From contig NC_058368.1 in NCBI RefSeq assembly GCF_018350175.1, positions 164,364,001 to 164,428,000 on the forward strand: a stretch of 64,000 nucleotides of DNA, written 5' to 3'. The DNA comes from Felis catus. Taxonomy: Eukaryota. This document shows, piece after piece, positions 62,100 through 64,000 of the stretch (positions within the stretch are counted from its first letter, which is position 1; every line of letters begins with the position of its first letter). Under the pieces are notes generated by a model. It did no database searches and was not told the origin of the DNA. It saw only the letters and a program-made list of their open reading frames with translations. A program made the position numbers and the translations under genes.

Positions 62100-64000
62100 A
62101 CCACAAAATGAAATAGAGAAAAAAATAGGGAAGAAAAACAAAACTGAGAGCGGGTTTTTTTTTAACGTTTATTTTTTATTTTTGAGAGAGAGAGACAGAG
62201 AGAGAGTATGAGTGGAGCAAGGGCAGAGAAAGAGAGGGAGACACAGAATCAGAAGCAGGCTCCAGGCTCCAAGCTGTCAGCACAGAGCCCAACACAGGGC
62301 TTAAACTCATGAACCACAAAAGCATGCTCTGGGCTGAAGTCAGATGGTTAACTAACTGAATCACCCAGGCGCCCCAAAAGCAGTTTTTTTTAAGGTAAAA
62401 ATGTTGACAGACATTTAACATAGAAGGGAGAGAGAGGATACTGAAGTAAATAAAATCAGAAATGGAAGAGACTGTTTCTGATAACACCGAAATACGGAGG
62501 ATTGTGAGAAACTATGAACAATTTTGTGCAACACATTTTGTAACCTAGAAGGAATGGATAAATTTTTAGAACCACGGCTTGATCATAAAGAAATAGAAAA
62601 TCTGAACACACAAACAGCAAATAAGAAGATTCACTCAGTAATTCAAAAACTTTCCAACAAAGAAAACCTCAGGACCAGATGGTTTCACTGGTGAATTTCA
62701 CCAAACATTCAAAAATATTAATGCGAGTCCTGCTCACACTCTTCCCCCCAAAAAAATTGAAGAGAGGGAGTATTCCAGACTCATTTTATGAGGCCAGCGT
62801 TACCCAGATACCAAAACCACATATGGACACCACACAAAAAGAAAACTATAGACCAAGATTTCTGGTGAAATTAGATCTAGAAATTCTCAACAAAATATTA
62901 ACAAACTAAGTTCAACAGCACATTAGAAGGAGCTGACATCATGATCAAGCAGAACTTGCCACTGAGATGCAAAGATAGTTCAATATATGCCAATCAATAA
63001 ATATACACCACATTAATAGAATGAAAGATAAAACTCATGATAATGTCAATAGCTACACAAAACCATTTGGCAAAATACACATTTCATGATAAAAATGCTC
63101 AACAAATTGGGTATAGAAGCATCATATTTCAACATCGTAAAGGTCAATATGACTAGACCACAGCTAACATCATACTTAGTAGTGAGAGGTTAAAAGCTTT
63201 TCCTCTAAGATCAGAAACAAGATAACTGTCACCACTCCCTTCAACATAGTACTGGAGCCAGATCAGTTAGGCAATAAAGAAAAGAAAACACATTCAGATA
63301 GTACAGGAAGAAGTAAAATTTTCTTTGCAGGTGATATGCTCTTATATATAGAAAATCCTAAAGACTCCACCAAAAAGCTGAACAAATTCAGTAGAGTTGC
63401 ATAATATAGAATCAATGTAAAAAAAGTCAGCTGTGTTTCTACACAGTAAGAATGAAATATCTGGAAAAGAAGAAAAACTTCATTCACAGCAGCATCAGAA
63501 ACAATAAAATACTTAGAAATAAATTTAACCAAGAAAATGAAAGATCTGTGCACTAAAAACTATAAGAGTTTAATAAAGGAAATTGAGGATGACACAGACA
63601 AATGGAAAGATAGCCCTTGTGTATTGGTGGTAGTAATGTAAATTGGTGTAGCCACCATGGAAAACAGTACGAAATTTCCTCAAAAATTAAGACACAGACA
63701 AATGGAAAGGTAACCCATGTTTATAGATCAGAAGAATTAATATTGTTAAAATGTCCATATTACTTAAAGACATGTGTATATCCAGGGCAATCCTTATCAA
63801 AATTCTAGTGGCATTTTTCACAGAAATAGACAAAATAATTTTAAAATTTGTATGGAACAACAAAAGATTTCAAATAGCCAAAGCATCCCTGAGAAAGAAC
63901 AAAGCTAGAGACATCACACTTCCTGATTTCAAACCATACTGCAAAGCTATAGTAATCAAAGCAATGTGGTACTGACATGAAAAATAGACACGTAGACAAT
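62100..64000 (+). mobile_element. Older L1 ORF2 (RT region), decayed, running off the window
   Basis: ORFs 62679-62909 ([15 protein letters not shown]...KENYRP) and 63751-63975 ([18 protein letters not shown]...[20 protein letters not shown]). Confidence 0.92.
62161..62375 (-). mobile_element. Can-SINE (Fc-type) inside L1
   Basis: gaagcaggctccaggctc...tcacccaggcgcccc; imperfect TSD. Confidence 0.95.

Noticed and set aside
1..64000. CRISPR arrays, operons or prokaryotic defence systems
   Set aside because: Sequence is mammalian; recurring ~200-bp repeats are dispersed SINEs, with no regularly spaced repeat-spacer structure

Overview
AT-rich, repeat-dense mammalian genomic DNA from a carnivore, almost certainly a felid. 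The evidence is young Can-SINEs of the SINEC_Fc type (ggggcgcctgggtggcgcagtcggttaagcgtccgact...(CT)n...aaataaacgttg) and cat-type LINE-1 3' ends. I find no supportable host protein-coding exon, RNA gene or CRISPR array. Most ORFs in the track come from L1, SINE or microsatellite sequence; the rest are short and unrecognised. The window holds about 20 Can-SINEs and one near-full-length, disabled L1 with a 13-bp TSD (33394-39021, minus). It also holds many L1 fragments of several ages, ERVL/MaLR LTRs (including an apparent LTR-internal-LTR MLT1 provirus), L2, MIR, Tigger5/MER47 and MER5 relics. L1s and LTRs lie mostly on the minus strand, which suggests the window is inside a long intron of a plus-strand gene (inference). 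The most interesting observations are mechanistic footprints: a probable L1 3' transduction, a ~95-bp target-site duplication, a twin-primed 5' inversion, a tail-less young SINE, an out-of-order L1 piece between 30-bp repeats and two ORF2-deleted L1s. There is also a candidate recursive splice site with RS-exon (48516-48694) and a few motif clusters (TALE, HNF1, GATA/ETS). I see no convincing evidence of a wholly new biological system. Repeat subfamily names come from recall of consensus sequences and need RepeatMasker/Dfam confirmation.
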